From Conger conger (Eukaryota): a stretch of 64,000 bases of DNA. The notes beneath the pieces are model-generated. The model searched no databases. It was not told where the DNA came from and was given only the letters and a program-made list of their open reading frames with translations. A program made the translations under genes and the position numbers. Below are positions 35,179-47,475 of this stretch, piece by piece (within the stretch, counting starts at the first letter, position 1; the number at the start of each line of letters is the position of its first letter). The stretch covers positions 18,758,415 through 18,822,414 of the forward strand of contig NC_083776.1 in assembly GCF_963514075.1 (NCBI RefSeq), given 5' to 3'.

Positions 35179-35546
35179 TAGAGAGCATGTGTGTACTGTA
35201 TGTGTGTGTGTGTGTGTGTGAGATAGAGAGCATGTATGTACTGTATGTGTGTGTGTGTGATAGAGAGCATGTGTGTACTGTATGTGTGTGTGTGTGTGTG
35301 TGTGTGAGATAGAGAGCATGTATGTACACTTTGTGTGTGTGTGAGATAGAGAGCATGTGTGTACTGTATGTGTGTGTGTGTGTGTGTGTGCGATAGAGAG
35401 CATGTGTGTACTGTATGTGTGTGTGTGTGTGTGTGTGTGTGATAGAGAGCATGTGTGTACTGTATGTGTGTGTGGGTGTGTGTGTGAGATAGAGAGCATG
35501 TATGTACACTTTGTGTGTGTGTGTGAGATAGAGAGCATGTGTGTAC

Positions 35547-35581
<35 letters not shown>

Positions 35582-35648
35582 TAGAGAGCATGTGTGTACT
35601 GTATGTGTGTGTGTGTGTGTGTGTGTGTGATAGAGAGCATGTGTGTAC

Positions 35649-35683
<35 letters not shown>

Positions 35684-35922
35684 TAGAGAGCATGTGTGTA
35701 CTGTATGTGTGTGTGTGTGTGTGTGTGAGATAGAGAGCATGTATGTACTGTATGTGTGTGTGTGTGATAGAGAGCATGTGTGTACTGTATGTGTGTGTGT
35801 GTGTGTGTGTGTGTGAGATAGAGAGCATGTATGTACACTTTGTGTGTGTGTGAGATAGAGAGCATGTGTGTACTGTATGTGTGTGTGTGTGTGTGTGTGT
35901 GCGATAGAGAGCATGTGTGTAC

Positions 35923-35954
<32 letters not shown>

Positions 35955-35973
35955 ATAGAGAGCATGTGTGTAC

Positions 35974-36016
<43 letters not shown>

Positions 36017-36360
36017 TAGAGAGCATGTGTGTACTGTATGTGTGTGTGTGTGTGTGTGTGTGTGATAGAGAGCATGTGTGTACTGTATGTGTGTGTGTGT
36101 GTGTGTGTGAGATAGAGAGCATGTATGTACACTTTGTGTGTGTGTGAGATAGAGAGCATGTGTGTACTATGTGTGTGTGTGTGTGCGCGCGCGATAGAGA
36201 GCATGTGTGTACTATATGTGTGTGTGTGTGTGTGCGCGATAGAGAGCATGTGTGTACTATATGTGTGTGTGTGCGCGCGCGATAGAGAGCATGTGTGTAC
36301 TATATGTGTGTGTGTGTGTGTGTGTGTGATAGAGAGCATGTGTGCACTGTATGTGTGTGT
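34790..36360. repeat. About 1.6-kb compound minisatellite of roughly 30 units (45-62 bp each). Each unit is gatagagagcatgtgtgtactgtat followed by (GT)8-18.
   Basis: Regular recurrence of gatagagagcatgtgtgtactgtatgtgtgtgtgtgtgtg, with variants gagatagagagcatgtatgtacactttgtg and gcgatagagagc. It explains the 575-aa ORF at 34720..36447 and the other His/Thr/Cys/Val ORFs here. Confidence 0.95.
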
Positions 36361-36642
36361 ATCTCTAAGGCTTATGAGCTGTAATAATATCCCCATGCTT
36401 TGAAGGTGGGTGTAATTACAGGGTCTTCCGCTGAGAGACAGGTTCATTGTCCATGTGCTCCTGTGACCCAGGCCCCCTCAGAATACCCCTTAGTGAGCGA
36501 GAAACGATGTCCACATTCACAGGGAGCGCGACTCCAGAGATCGGACAGATAAAACATTCCCTCGGAAAACAGCTTTCCCCTCCACACTCCCGGCATCCGC
36601 CAAGACGAGCAAGCAGCTGCTCAACACCTCAGACCCAGTATA

Positions 36643-37035
36643 TCCATGACTACTGTTACCTCACAGTACATCCATGACTACTGTTACCTCACAGTACATC
36701 CATGACTACTGTTACCTCACAGTACATCCATGACTACTGTTACCTCACAGTACATCCATGACTACTGTTACCTCAAAGTACATCCATGACTACTGTTACC
36801 TCACAGTACATCCATGACTACTGTTACCTCACAGTACATCCATGACTACTGTTACCTCACATTACATCCATGACTACTGTTACCTCACAGTACATCCATG
36901 ACTACTGTTACCTCACAGTACATCCATGACTACTGTTACCTCACATTACATCCATGACTACTGTTACCTCACAGTACATCCATGACTACTGTTACCTCAC
37001 ATTACATCCATGACTACTGTTACCTCACATTACAT
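36643..37035. repeat. Minisatellite of about 14 copies of a 28-bp unit (acagtacatccatgactactgttacctc).
   Basis: Near-perfect tandem copies with occasional acagta to acatta or aaagta variants. Confidence 0.95.
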
Positions 37036-37479
37036 CCTATTTAGCATACTAACAAAGAAGTGCATACCAAGGTCCTCAGAAGAAACTGTAGAACAGGTTG
37101 GATAAGGTAGAATTCATGTAGAATCAGTTGTACAGCGGGGAACATTATGTCTAGTACACATAGTTCTCTTTCTGTGTCTATTCCTGGTTAATTAGGTATT
37201 GCATCTGCTGCAGATCCATAGTTATCTGCACACACATACCACAGGCCAGTGTACATGAATTAAGTTATTAACACACTGACACTGACAATCTTTTCCTTTC
37301 TCACATTTTATATATCTCTTATTTAGTCTTTTTCCACAGCTCTTTGCCATCACTATATAGTGTACATCATGCAGGCTGCCACCGTACAACTCTGACTAGA
37401 AGCTTCTGCAAAGGCTAATTAACACACTTATGAAGAGAACTCAATAGATGATCATTTCAGAGACATGCAAGGCTTTTTG

Positions 37480-37680
37480 AAGGTGTGAGATCACAAACGT
37501 GCAATTAGAATGTTCTTAACTGAAGAACATTGTTCTTAACTGAATGTTCTTAACTGAACATTCTAACGCTGATGTAACAACCATCACTGGCAATTAAAAA
37601 CATTGGAGTTCTAGAACACCGACTTCGAATTTTGAAAAAATAAAACATTCCAAAAAACCCTACTCTTCAAAGGGTTAAGG
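37480..37680. repeat. Interspersed repeat family E copy with an internal ttaagaacattgttcttaactgaatgttcttaactgaacattctaa foldback.
   Basis: It is shared with 26935-27100 and 10295-10395. Confidence 0.5.
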
Positions 37681-38139
37681 AAGCAACATGGTTATTGATA
37701 AATCACATTGGCTATCGCTATCCCTGCCTCCGTTCTATAAGATTAAATATGGACAGAAGTTTCCTTGGGGCAGGTACTTACACTGGGCTGGTAGAAGTCC
37801 CCACAGCTTCCTGTCCTGGATATCTGTGCCCCGCGGGGCAGGCTGTCACCCCCAAGCACAGGCTCCATGCCTGAGAGCTGCACACAGGCGAAACACGGCT
37901 GTTAAAAGTGTGGTCCCCCCACAGGTACAGAGTCCAGGCTGGACAGAGGGGTGGGGATGCTGCAGGTGGAGATGGCGTAGGGTATGGCACGGTGCTCAGA
38001 CACACACTGCATACACACACCACACACCCACACACTGCAGTATCTGCAACACTCAGGTCAAGTGGAAGAAACTTCTCTCAGACAAGAGGGGGGGCGGAGC
38101 TAGAAAAAAGAGAGAACAGCAATCCTCCCACAGTCCTGT

Positions 38140-38395
38140 TAGTGTGTGTGTGTGTGTGTGTGTATGTGTGTGTGTGTGTGTGTGTGCATGTGTGTGCTGT
38201 GTGTGGGTATATGTATGCGTGTGTGCATGTGTATGCATGTACATGCGTGTGTGCATGTGTGTGTATGTGTATGCATGCGTGTATTCATGCATGCATGTGT
38301 GCGTGTGTGTGTGTGAGTGTGTGTGTGCTCATTCGTGCATGTGCATGTGCATGTGTGTGTTCAGGCGCGCAAGTGTGTGTGTGCCACTCAAATAG
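38140..38395. repeat. GT-rich compound microsatellite, (GT)n/(GCAT)n.
   Basis: gtgtgtgtgtgtgtgtgtgtatgtgtgtgtgtgtgtgtgtgcatgtgtgtgctgtg... Confidence 0.9.
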
Positions 38396-38649
38396 GCAAG
38401 CTCAGCTGTATCAGAGTACCTTTTACTTCTGAGGGTCTCCTCGATTCCTAATTTTCTCAATCTCCTCTTTTTATAACAGAATCAAAAATAAAGAATATAA
38501 CAGGTTTACTTTATGATGCAGTGCTCTGACAAAAGGAGGACACAACAGATCACCTGATCCTCCTTCTTCTGTTGTTGCCTAAACACCAATGTCAACGAGC
38601 CATGCAGCAAGATTAGCCAAACAAACAAACACCTCTCAAGACATTTAAA

Positions 38650-38900
38650 CTTAAATGGTAAATGGTTGGCATTTATATAGCGCCTTTATCCAAAGCGCTG
38701 TACAATTGATGCTTCTCATTCACCCATTCATACACACACTCACACACCAACTGCGATTGGCCGCCATGCAAGGCACCAACCAGCTTGTCAGGAGCATTTG
38801 GGGGTTAGGTGACACTTCGACACAGCCTGGGCGGGGGATCAAACCGGCAACCCTCTGACTGCCAGACGACTGCTCTTACTGCCTAAGCCATATCGCCCCA
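38650..38900 (+). mobile_element. SINE family A copy.
   Basis: It contains ..gcgcctttatccaaagcgctgtacaattgatgcttctcattcacccattcatacacac..gccgccatgcaaggcaccaaccagcttgtcagg..ctgccagacgactgctcttactgcc. Confidence 0.7.
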
Positions 38901-39464
38901 ACTTAAGCCTTACCTCTCCGCATCACCAGCACCAGCAACATCCAATCACAACGTCCCAATGTGAAACGTCTCACACTCCAGCCAATCACTGGCTTGACCT
39001 CCGAGTCAAACAGGGCTACACACACAAAAAAACAAAACATCAATCTTAACAACTTATTTTAGTCTTACATTTGAGACTTAAATCTCATTACCGCTACTTG
39101 TTTGGTAACTATGATACAAAGATGACCAATTAAGTGAGACACATGAAATGAGACAAACTAAGACAATTTCACTTGTTAAGCATAAATAACTTAAAACAAG
39201 CAAATACTTTCTATCTGAGAGAAGAAAATGATATTTCCAGTACAAGCCCAAAACAATATCTGCCAGGATATTCACATCACAGTGGGATGACTCACCTACC
39301 AGGCCTGAGTCATTTTTACTGTTCATCCAAATTAAATTATCCAGCAGTGCTTTGTCCAGTCACATTTCCAGTCACAACTTCACATTTCCAGTACCTACAC
39401 TGTGAGGAAGAGGACTGCCGTTTTGGAAAGACTACCTGTAGGTCGAATGGTGCTGAGCAAGTTA

Positions 39465-39800
39465 TCCATCCATCCACTCATTACCTCACGCGCTTACTCC
39501 TGGTAAGGGTCGTGGTGGGGCTGTAGCCTATCCCAGCATGCATTGGGCAAGAGGCATACACTCTGGACATGTCACCAATCCATCAGAGGGGGTGCACTAC
39601 ATTCACTCACACACACATCCAGGGGCTATTTAGACTCTCCAACTGGCCTAACCTGCATGTCTTTGGATTGTTGGAAGAAACCAGAGTACCCAGAGGAGAC
39701 CCACATGGACCAGTGAGATGTATAAGAAGTAGAGATAGCTTCACGTACCGGTTCCATGGATTCCTATGGGAGCCGCTCAATGGAGTGAGAAGCCACTTCA
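39465..39800. mobile_element. Family C repeat, the longest copy.
   Basis: It contains ..gggctgtagcctatcccagcatgcattgggcaagaggcatacactctggacatgtcaccaatccatcagagggg..cctaacctgcatgtctttggattgttggaagaaaccagagtacccagaggagacccacatggacc.. Confidence 0.65.
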
Positions 39801-40310
39801 TGGAGGCTGTCATGTTTGACTATGAGGCTTTTTCGGTGCCATAGCTTGCACACTGGGCACCTAAACAGGAAGGAATTAATAGAAATGATTCTGTGCAGCT
39901 CAGATAAAATAGGTCCCTGGAGAGTAATTAGTTCAGTGTGAAGACATTTTATAATAGAAAAGTACTGTCCAAAATAATAGACATTTGCCAGGGTAAAGTC
40001 ATACTTTTTAATGGACTTCAATGGGGATGCTTTCTGGCACCAGATACTTATTTATGACTGTATTTATGCACTTAAATCATTTTTTAGTTAAAACCAGTGC
40101 AAATCCCTTCCTATCGTTGAAAAAGACTCACTGATATGTGGACCCACGCTCTGCATGTGTTATCGTCCTTAAATTCTGGTTTCAAATTATACACTTGACA
40201 GGCCGTCACTCTGTACCAAAACATTGTACAGCTATAAAATAATTCAAGCTCATTGGTTGAAAATTGATTCTAATTGTCACAGCCAATGGCGTGGGGGCTT
40301 ATTTGGATAG

Positions 40311-40512
40311 CCTGCCCAAATTGCACTCTCGACAAGCTATCGCTGAAACTACGCTGTATACTATTGCTTATTATCCAGGCGAACACTACATAACTAGATA
40401 ATACCGATAACGAACTGGTATCGTTTTATAACTAGATATGTATTCTTCGTTTGGATAATAAGCAGTAGTATACAGTTTCAGTGGTCGCTTGTCTAGAGTG
40501 CAATTTGGGCAG
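40311..40512. repeat. Large imperfect palindrome (foldback) of about 200 bp, with arms of roughly 70 bp matching at about 85%.
   Basis: The left arm is cccaaattgcactctcgacaagctatcgctgaaactacgctgtatactattgcttattatccaggcgaa. The right arm is ttcgtttggataataagcagtagtatacagtttcagtggtcgcttgtctagagtgcaatttggg. Confidence 0.7.
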
Positions 40513-42054
40513 CTATACGTTCCTTTTATCCCTTGTTGAATCATGCGTGATTAGCTATACTTTTATTTGTCTCAAACTGTAAGTTGCAGTTGCATCGTTT
40601 GTGGTACACTATCATATCTTAGTTATAGAGCCAGCTAGTTCCATAGCCAAATAGGTTGCTTGCTCATAATATAGTTGGTTTGCTAAAGTGAAAACTTCAA
40701 AAAGACAAAACATAAATAGTGTTGTGCAGCACACAAAAGTCAACATTTCATAAAGTCACCTGTTCGGGGAACATTTTCTTACTAGAATACTTTGAAAAGA
40801 CGGCAGTCGCGTTTGTCACTGTCAATTTTCCAAAACAGTGCATGTTGTGGTTTGAGGGAGTTCATTGCTGCAATTCCTCTCTTGACCGTTAGGAGTCCGA
40901 AATTACCTATTGTACCTTCAAGCGATTGAGACAGAGATTAGAAGAATTAGAAAATGTCATTCTCTTCAATCCAGAGAAAAAAATAGAGAGTCAAGAATTA
41001 CCTTAACAACACAATAAAAATGTCATGAAAACATTTCAAAGTAACTTGCGTTTGTACTTACTAAAACAAACAATAAGCCTTTTATTAAGATGAGTACAGA
41101 TCATATTAATACTAAAGATCATAAAATGTATTGTAAAGTTACCCTTTAATTGAGGTATGATTCATCTCAAACAGCCAGCCGCCCACACAAGACCCTCAAC
41201 CTAAAGATAATATCATCAATTCAGAGGAAGAAAAAAACCATCCAATTATTTTGTGTCTTGCTTTAGTCATTATCTTATTAAATACGGCACATTCAAATCT
41301 CACATGATTCTCCTGAAGCCCACCCTTAATCTTAGCTTGTCTAAAGACAGAAGGTAATTGTTATCATAGGGCTTTTGTGCACATTACGGCAAATTATGTG
41401 CTCCTTTCTTCTCTCAATCTGGTCAGGTTCACACACAGTACAATGCACAACAAATGAATAGGGCCGTTGAAAAACAGTTTAAAAGCACAGAAAAAATATA
41501 GATATCCTATTCAGTAAATATCTTAAATAAGACAGATTTAAGCTCCTCTGTGTTGAATCAACTTCAGCAAAGTATTCCATACTTTCTGAGAAAGATGGAA
41601 TATGTTATGGAAGATAGCAACATTATGGAAGCTAACAGAACACAATTGTGCTTCCACGTTGACATGGGTCCAAGGCACTCTGTGCACTTGATGTTTCATT
41701 TGTCAGTTGCATTAGCACTCTTTTCCAAAGAGCACCTGGCATCAATCTGAAAGTTAACATTTAGCCCTTTCATTTCCTTGAGTACTCTTGGGTTCAATTC
41801 TTCCACACTTTATTTTGGATTGTTAACACAAAGAATTGACCTCCTTTGTGTTACAGTCAATGCCCAGCTTTCAAAACACTTACTCTGCATTTCTGTTCAT
41901 GTTACTGAGTATCAGTGGGTTGAAATATTCAGTCAAAATTTACAGGAATTTCAGGTTGAACCAAATTCCTGAAAACTAAACAACAGGGGTGTCTCACAAT
42001 GTCATACAGCTATTCAACTGGGTTAATCAATCAATCATGAATTTCTTAATATGA

Positions 42055-42055
<1 letters not shown>

Positions 42056-42108
<53 letters not shown>
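42056..42108. repeat. (ATT)n microsatellite.
   Basis: attattattattattattatt... Confidence 0.9.
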
Positions 42109-42110
<2 letters not shown>

Positions 42111-42229
42111 CATACTTGTAATAGCAGTAATACTGATATCATATTAAATAATATAAAGACATGTTTTTAAATGTCTGAAATGGTTATGAAAGGGAGTGTT
42201 CTGCAGAGTTGTCACCGCTCTTCATAAAC

Positions 42230-42700
42230 ACTGCATTATTGCAGGAGACTGTGCTTTCCTCCCCAGTCGCCCCTCCTAGCCGGTGAAAACAATGAGGCCT
42301 TGTGTTACTCATGGCAGATGCCCTGACCCCCTCCGACTGGCAACTCTCTGCTGTCTGCCACAGGTAAACACCGCCGGGGTGACGGGAAAGGGGGGGTGGG
42401 GGTGGGGGGTCACGTCTCCACGGAGACACTGAGGAGGCACAAGCCCTGGCATAAACAGCGAGTGAAATTCCTCGCCTTGATCAACAGCTGCTTTCAGAGT
42501 TCAGCAGTTTCACAACAGAAGCGCAGCGCAACAACGTCATTGCGAAATGTTTGCCGCTTACCGATGGGGGGTTTGCCGGGAGCTCATCCAGAACGTTCCG
42601 GCAACATTTTTTCTGACGTGGTCCGCCACTTCATTACATCACAGTCCTATTGCAGGAGGATTCTCACGTGCTCGCTGTAGGTAGTTTGAGTAAAATGATA
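42230..42700 (+). promoter_or_regulatory. CpG-island-like segment with a candidate plus-strand first coding exon (ATG 42292, or ATG 42311, to 42363) ending at the strong donor CACAG|gtaaac. CRE-like (TGACGTGG, about 42612) and E-box (CACGTG, about 42665) motifs are present.
   Basis: aaaacaATGAGG has a Kozak -3 A. The 24-codon ORF is in phase 0 at the donor. CpG density is high (ccgccggggtgacggg, gtcacgtctccacgg, cagcgcaacaacgtcattgcg, ccgatgggggg, ccggcaac, ctgacgtggtccgcc). Confidence 0.3.
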
Positions 42701-43289
42701 GGTCTCTGAAGCATGACCCAGATTAAGTCAGATGCACAGTTCCCCTCTGTTATCCGAGTACGTCCCACGCCAGGGTGATTCCAGCAATTTCTAGCTGATG
42801 GTGGTGAGTGAAGATCACAGGGCTGACTTCACTGGGAGGTTGTGACCTTTCTTAATAATATCACATAGACTTTTTTCCCCCCCGCCAAAACACGTGATGC
42901 AGTTCCACTGACCTAGTTTTCAGGACCCTTGCTTCACTCCGCCACAGATGTTGCGCACATATTCAGAATTCCTTCAGACTGTACGAGTGAACAGAAAAGC
43001 CTGTTTAAAATGTTTTAAGTGTTCAAGGGATTTGAAACAGAAGTGTAAATGTTGACTACTACACCCACTCTACTGTTCAACAAGGCAAACACAATGGACA
43101 GGAAGTAGACAGATCAGTAGTGTGACAGGCTTGAGAGACGTTATAATTGATTCATCAGACGTGTGGTGTGGATTTGAATTGGGCAGTCATTTTCTTTGTA
43201 ATCAGAGATTAAATCATTGCATGCTAGGATTAAGCAATCGGGTGAGGCGATTGTGACTGCACTGATTACGTCTTAGAATTATTGTACAC

Positions 43290-43525
43290 AGCTGAGAAAT
43301 GTGATAGCTCTTTTTGCATTTCAGACAAGTTATGACTCTATACCTAGCTACACCTGAGCACTTAGGACGAGTGGGCAACCGTAGTACAGCACCTATGGAC
43401 CAGAAGGTTGGTGGTTCAAGCCCCAGTGTAGCCATAGTATGATCAGTGCAGCTGCTGGGTCCTTGAGCAAGACCCTAAACCCCACATTGCTCCAGGGGGA
43501 TTGGCCCCTGCTTAAGTCCCTTTGG
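43290..43525 (+). mobile_element. SINE family B copy in the opposite orientation.
   Basis: It contains ..gtgggcaaccgtagtacagcacctatggaccagaaggttggtggttcaagccccagtgtagcc...ttgagcaagaccctaaaccccacattgctccagggggattggcccctgcttaagtccctttggataaaatc. Confidence 0.65.
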
Positions 43526-43867
43526 ATAAAATCAAATAACTAATTATTATCATAACCTGACAAACATTTCTTTCAGTAAACAGAGGTGGAAATGTAATGT
43601 CAACCCCTGCCATTAATTATATTAATTCACATGAATTAACATGTTAATCATGTCAGAGCTCGCAACCCCATCCACACACCTATCCACTTATTTTGCAATT
43701 CTGAACACAATGTTGCGGTGGAAAATTAGATCAGATCCTGCCATGAAAAGTTTCTAGTACAGTATGCATGAGAAAATAACATACCCTGGAGAAGTCCTTC
43801 CGTTACTAAGGCTACATAACAGTTGTCTGAAGAATATTCCCGGCTATCTGTGTCCTGACCCTTCTGG

Positions 43868-43905
43868 GTGTGTGTGTGTGAGGTAGAGAACATGTGTGTA
43901 CTGTA

Positions 43906-43958
<53 letters not shown>

Positions 43959-43962
43959 ATAT
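43868..43962. repeat. (GT)n-(GA)n compound microsatellite plus one isolated copy of the 35-kb minisatellite motif (gaggtagagaacatgtgtgtactgtatgtg).
   Basis: gtgtgtgtgtgaggtagagaacatgtgtgtactgtatgtgtgtgtgtgtgtgtgtgagagagagagagagagagagagagac. Confidence 0.85.
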
Positions 43963-44574
43963 CCCCTGCTATCTGTGTCCTGGCCCTTTTGGGTGTGTTG
44001 CCATTTTAGTAATGAAATATGAACCGTTTCATTAATTCCCCACGCTTGCTGAACTTGAAGACTCAGTCGCGTAAGCCCAATGTTTTCTTTTACTCCAGAG
44101 AATCCAAGAATCTGGAATAATACACCAACATTAGTTTTCATCATTTTTGTTTTATTATCAGTCATAACTGATATACTGCCAGAAGTATCGAAAGGCGGTT
44201 GTTTGGGTTCATCCAGCGACCTTTATATCCCAACACTGAGCCAAATCATTCGACACAATCTGGCGTATCTTGTTGTGATTTCTGCCTGTTTCTTATGGAC
44301 TGATAAATAGAGTATGACGTTATATGTGTAGAGGGACTGTTAGTGCTCTTGCCTAATTTAAGTCAGTGGTTACAGCTGCTCGTTGTTTTTAGCAGTAACT
44401 GGACAGATACTGTATGTTAGTTTTATACGTCCTTTGTAGCATATTTTTATGGCACATTTTCTTTTCTCCAGAATTTGTAATTGGAGGCCGATGTCATTGC
44501 TGTGAACTCCTCAGTGAAGTGAGGAGAGCATAGACAAGCACCTGTTCTACTGCGCTGCACGGGCAGGTGGTGCA

Positions 44575-44870
44575 CTGTGTGTGTGTGTGTGTGTGTGTGG
44601 GTGTGTGTGGGTGTGTGTGCATGGGTGTGCACTACGTGTGTGTGTGTGTGCATGAGTGTGCACTATGTGTGTTTGTTTGTGTGTGTGTGAGCATATGTGT
44701 CCATGCATGTGTGCGTATGTGTGTGTATGTGTTTGTATGCGTGTGCGCAAGTCTTGTGTGTGTTTATGTGTCCTGTATGGGTGTGCATGGGTGTGCGTGT
44801 GCGTGTGTGTGTATGTCCTGTTCCTGTGTATATACACATGTATACACATGCATACAGTATCTCCATAGAT
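44575..44870. repeat. GT-rich compound microsatellite.
   Basis: gtgtgtgtgtgtgtgtgtgtgggtgtgtgtgggtgtgtgtgcatgggtgtgcac... Confidence 0.9.
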
Positions 44871-45509
44871 GTGTACTGTATATGATGTTTTCTGTCTAAA
44901 AAAGAGCCCTGCCTGCTGTTTGGATCCATTATTACTGTATTTATCCATGTCCATGCTGCACCGATGACCTATTTTTCTGCCGTTGATGAATGCACTTCTG
45001 ATGAAGTGCACGTAATCAGTGACACATGACGTGGTGTTTATTGACCTAATTTAGAAGAGCGTTCACTTAATTAACTTGGCAGGAACTATTAAAGAATCTG
45101 TGACTCAATGATAACGGATGATCTTGTCATGAACTTTATTAGAACAGTATTTCAGCAGTATTACTAAGCTGACCTGCTTGTTATGAGACAACCCTATTTC
45201 AAATGGCCTTTGATATCACTGCGCCAAAACCGTGAAGCAGCGCGCTAATTATGAAATGCTAATGACCGAACATCCCAGAGACTGATCATACTGTAATTAT
45301 CCAGCACAGTAGGATGTGAAACAGGAAGGAAAACAAAGAGAGAGACCGGGGGGCATGCAGAGATGACACCGCACTGAATGTACTCCCATTATCCAACATA
45401 ATCCTTTCATTTCAACTTGTTTCAAATTAGCTGTACATGTCCCCACCAACCTGATTCCATATATTTCTAAAATGCATTTTCTTTTAATTCAGTTGCTGTA
45501 AAACATGAT

Positions 45510-45712
45510 GGGTCAATTGCACTGTGCCTGGCTGGAGTTCTAACCTCACGACTACAGATCTGCATTTAAACTGGAATAGCTTAATCTAAGTCCACAGCTT
45601 TGGATATCTGTTTCAGTTGAAATGAGATCTGTGGTCTAGAGGTTTGAACCTGCGGGTTTAAACTCCAGCTAAGCACACTGCAATTGACCCATTGAAACTC
45701 AGAAAATCAACA
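45510..45712. repeat. MITE-like element of about 200 bp with inverted termini.
   Basis: The left terminus is gggtcaattgcactgtgcctggctggagtt and the right terminus is aaactccagctaagcacactgcaattgacccat. The internal region has tctgtggtctagaggtttgaacctgcgggtttaaact mirroring ctggagttctaacctcacgactacagatc. Confidence 0.55.
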
Positions 45713-46792
45713 TAAGCAATATATTTTCTTTTTGTCTCTCTCTCTGCAGCTCTCTGTCTGACAAATACACACATACATACAAACGCACACACTGTGTGAT
45801 ATGAAGTCCTACTCCTGAAGCCCTCCCTCATTGGATGATGCTACAGGCAACCACAGGACATATTCACAGTCAGGATACAATACCAGACTGTCAGGCATAT
45901 CCACACACTGGAACACAGCTTGTTTCTTTATATGATGAGCCAACCAGTAGGCCCTCTGCAAATTTAAACTTTTATTCCCAACTTTAATAGTGTTTTTAGT
46001 TTCAACAATAGTTGAAAAGCCTGCCGGACTGTGACCGAGGGACATTTCAGTAATGTTACTGCACCAGACATCAAAAACTAATTTCCTCACCGGGTGAACG
46101 AAAGTGCAGATAAAATTACCTGCTCAAAAATGAAATGATGACCCCCACAGAGACACGTGTGTGTATGTCTAGATGGTGCATCTGATGGAACTGGGGAACA
46201 ACGGTGTCATTGTCTGTCATCTCGCTGTGGCAATCCAGCTGATGGAACTTCTGGGGGAAAATAAAGTCTGAATGTGTCCACAATATAAGCTCTTCAAAAT
46301 GGCTTTCCCCACATGGGCAGAAAAATGTACCATAATGCCCCTGCAATTCTGCTGCATTCATTATTCCCACCATTACAAGCATTTCATCACTACCCCACTC
46401 CTATTCTTAAAAACACTTTTCAACAGCGACGCATTCAGACGAGTTCAGAAACATTAGCAGGAAGAGGGAAGGAGTGGGGTGGGCTTCCGTTGCCATGGAA
46501 CTGCTCGCATCATAATGCAGTAATGACTTCATTGGTCTACTGGGTGCCAGCCATTCCATCCTGCAATGTAAAACACTATGAAGCAGGCGGACTGCGGAGT
46601 GACAGTAAACAACGTATCGCCACGCAAATTACGGAGGACAAAACAATGAGCAAATTAGAAAATTATGGGGGATTATGGAGCGCACCTTTCTTAAACTCAG
46701 GAGGACTCTGTCGAGAAGACCCAGCCCTGCAGAATAAATTCTGCATTTCGCAAGAGGATAAAATATAATAATAATAATGAGAACTTAAGGGC

Positions 46793-46922
46793 CGGTTTCC
46801 CAGACATGGATTAAGCCTAGTCCTTCACTAAAAGAAAAATCCAATGAAGATTTTTCTCCATTGAAAAAAAAAGCTTTTAGCCTAGGACTAGGCTTAATAC
46901 ATGTCTGAGAAACCAGCCATAA
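46793..46922. repeat. Foldback MITE.
   Basis: The arms ggtttcccagacatggattaagcctagtcct... and ...aggactaggcttaatacatgtctgagaaaccagcc are reverse complements around an A-rich loop. Confidence 0.55.
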
Positions 46923-47254
46923 GATAGAAATTGCATGTACAAGGGTTGGTGGTTTTAGGGTCACATAAGCACAAAGGTGTGTGAAAGCGTGGTTCCCATC
47001 TACCATGAGCACAAACACTCTCAGAAAACTTTCAAAACAGTACGCAGACAGTCCCCCGGAAAACAGGGTGGGGAAAACCTGGCAACCGAAAGCACAACAA
47101 GCCTCCTGCACCTCCCCCGGTTATTAAAAAGCAGCGTTTCTCTGACCATGACCACAGGCACCCAGTACACCAGCCAGGAAATGTGTGGCCGTTCTCAGTG
47201 AAGTCAGAGACCGATGGACCAGCAGGCAGCGGGGCAGATGGGCCATGTAACACG

Positions 47255-47475
47255 ATAACACTAATAATCTGTCATTTAGCTGACACTTTTATCCAAAGCA
47301 ACTCACAGTTGATTAGACTAAGCAGGGGAAAATCGCCCCCTGGAGCAATGTGGGGTGAAGGGCCTTGCTCAACGGGACAACAGCCATGTGGATCTCATTG
47401 TGGCTACCCTGAGGCTTAAACCACCAACCTTCCAGGTCCCAGTCATGTAGCTTAGCCACTAGGCTATAGCCTGTC
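47255..47475 (-). mobile_element. SINE family B copy.
   Basis: It contains ..tcatttagctgacacttttatccaaagcaactcacagttgattagactaagcagggg..ggagcaatgtggggtgaagggccttgctcaacggg..cttaaaccaccaaccttccaggtcccagtcatgtagcttagccactaggctatagcctg. Confidence 0.7.

Noticed and set aside
34720-36447. 575-aa ORF on the minus strand, and many 60-360-aa ORFs on both strands in this block.
   Set aside because: They are translations of the GT/CA-anchored minisatellite. The composition is His/Thr/Cys/Val-only periodic, and the reading frame stays open only because the repeat lacks stop codons.
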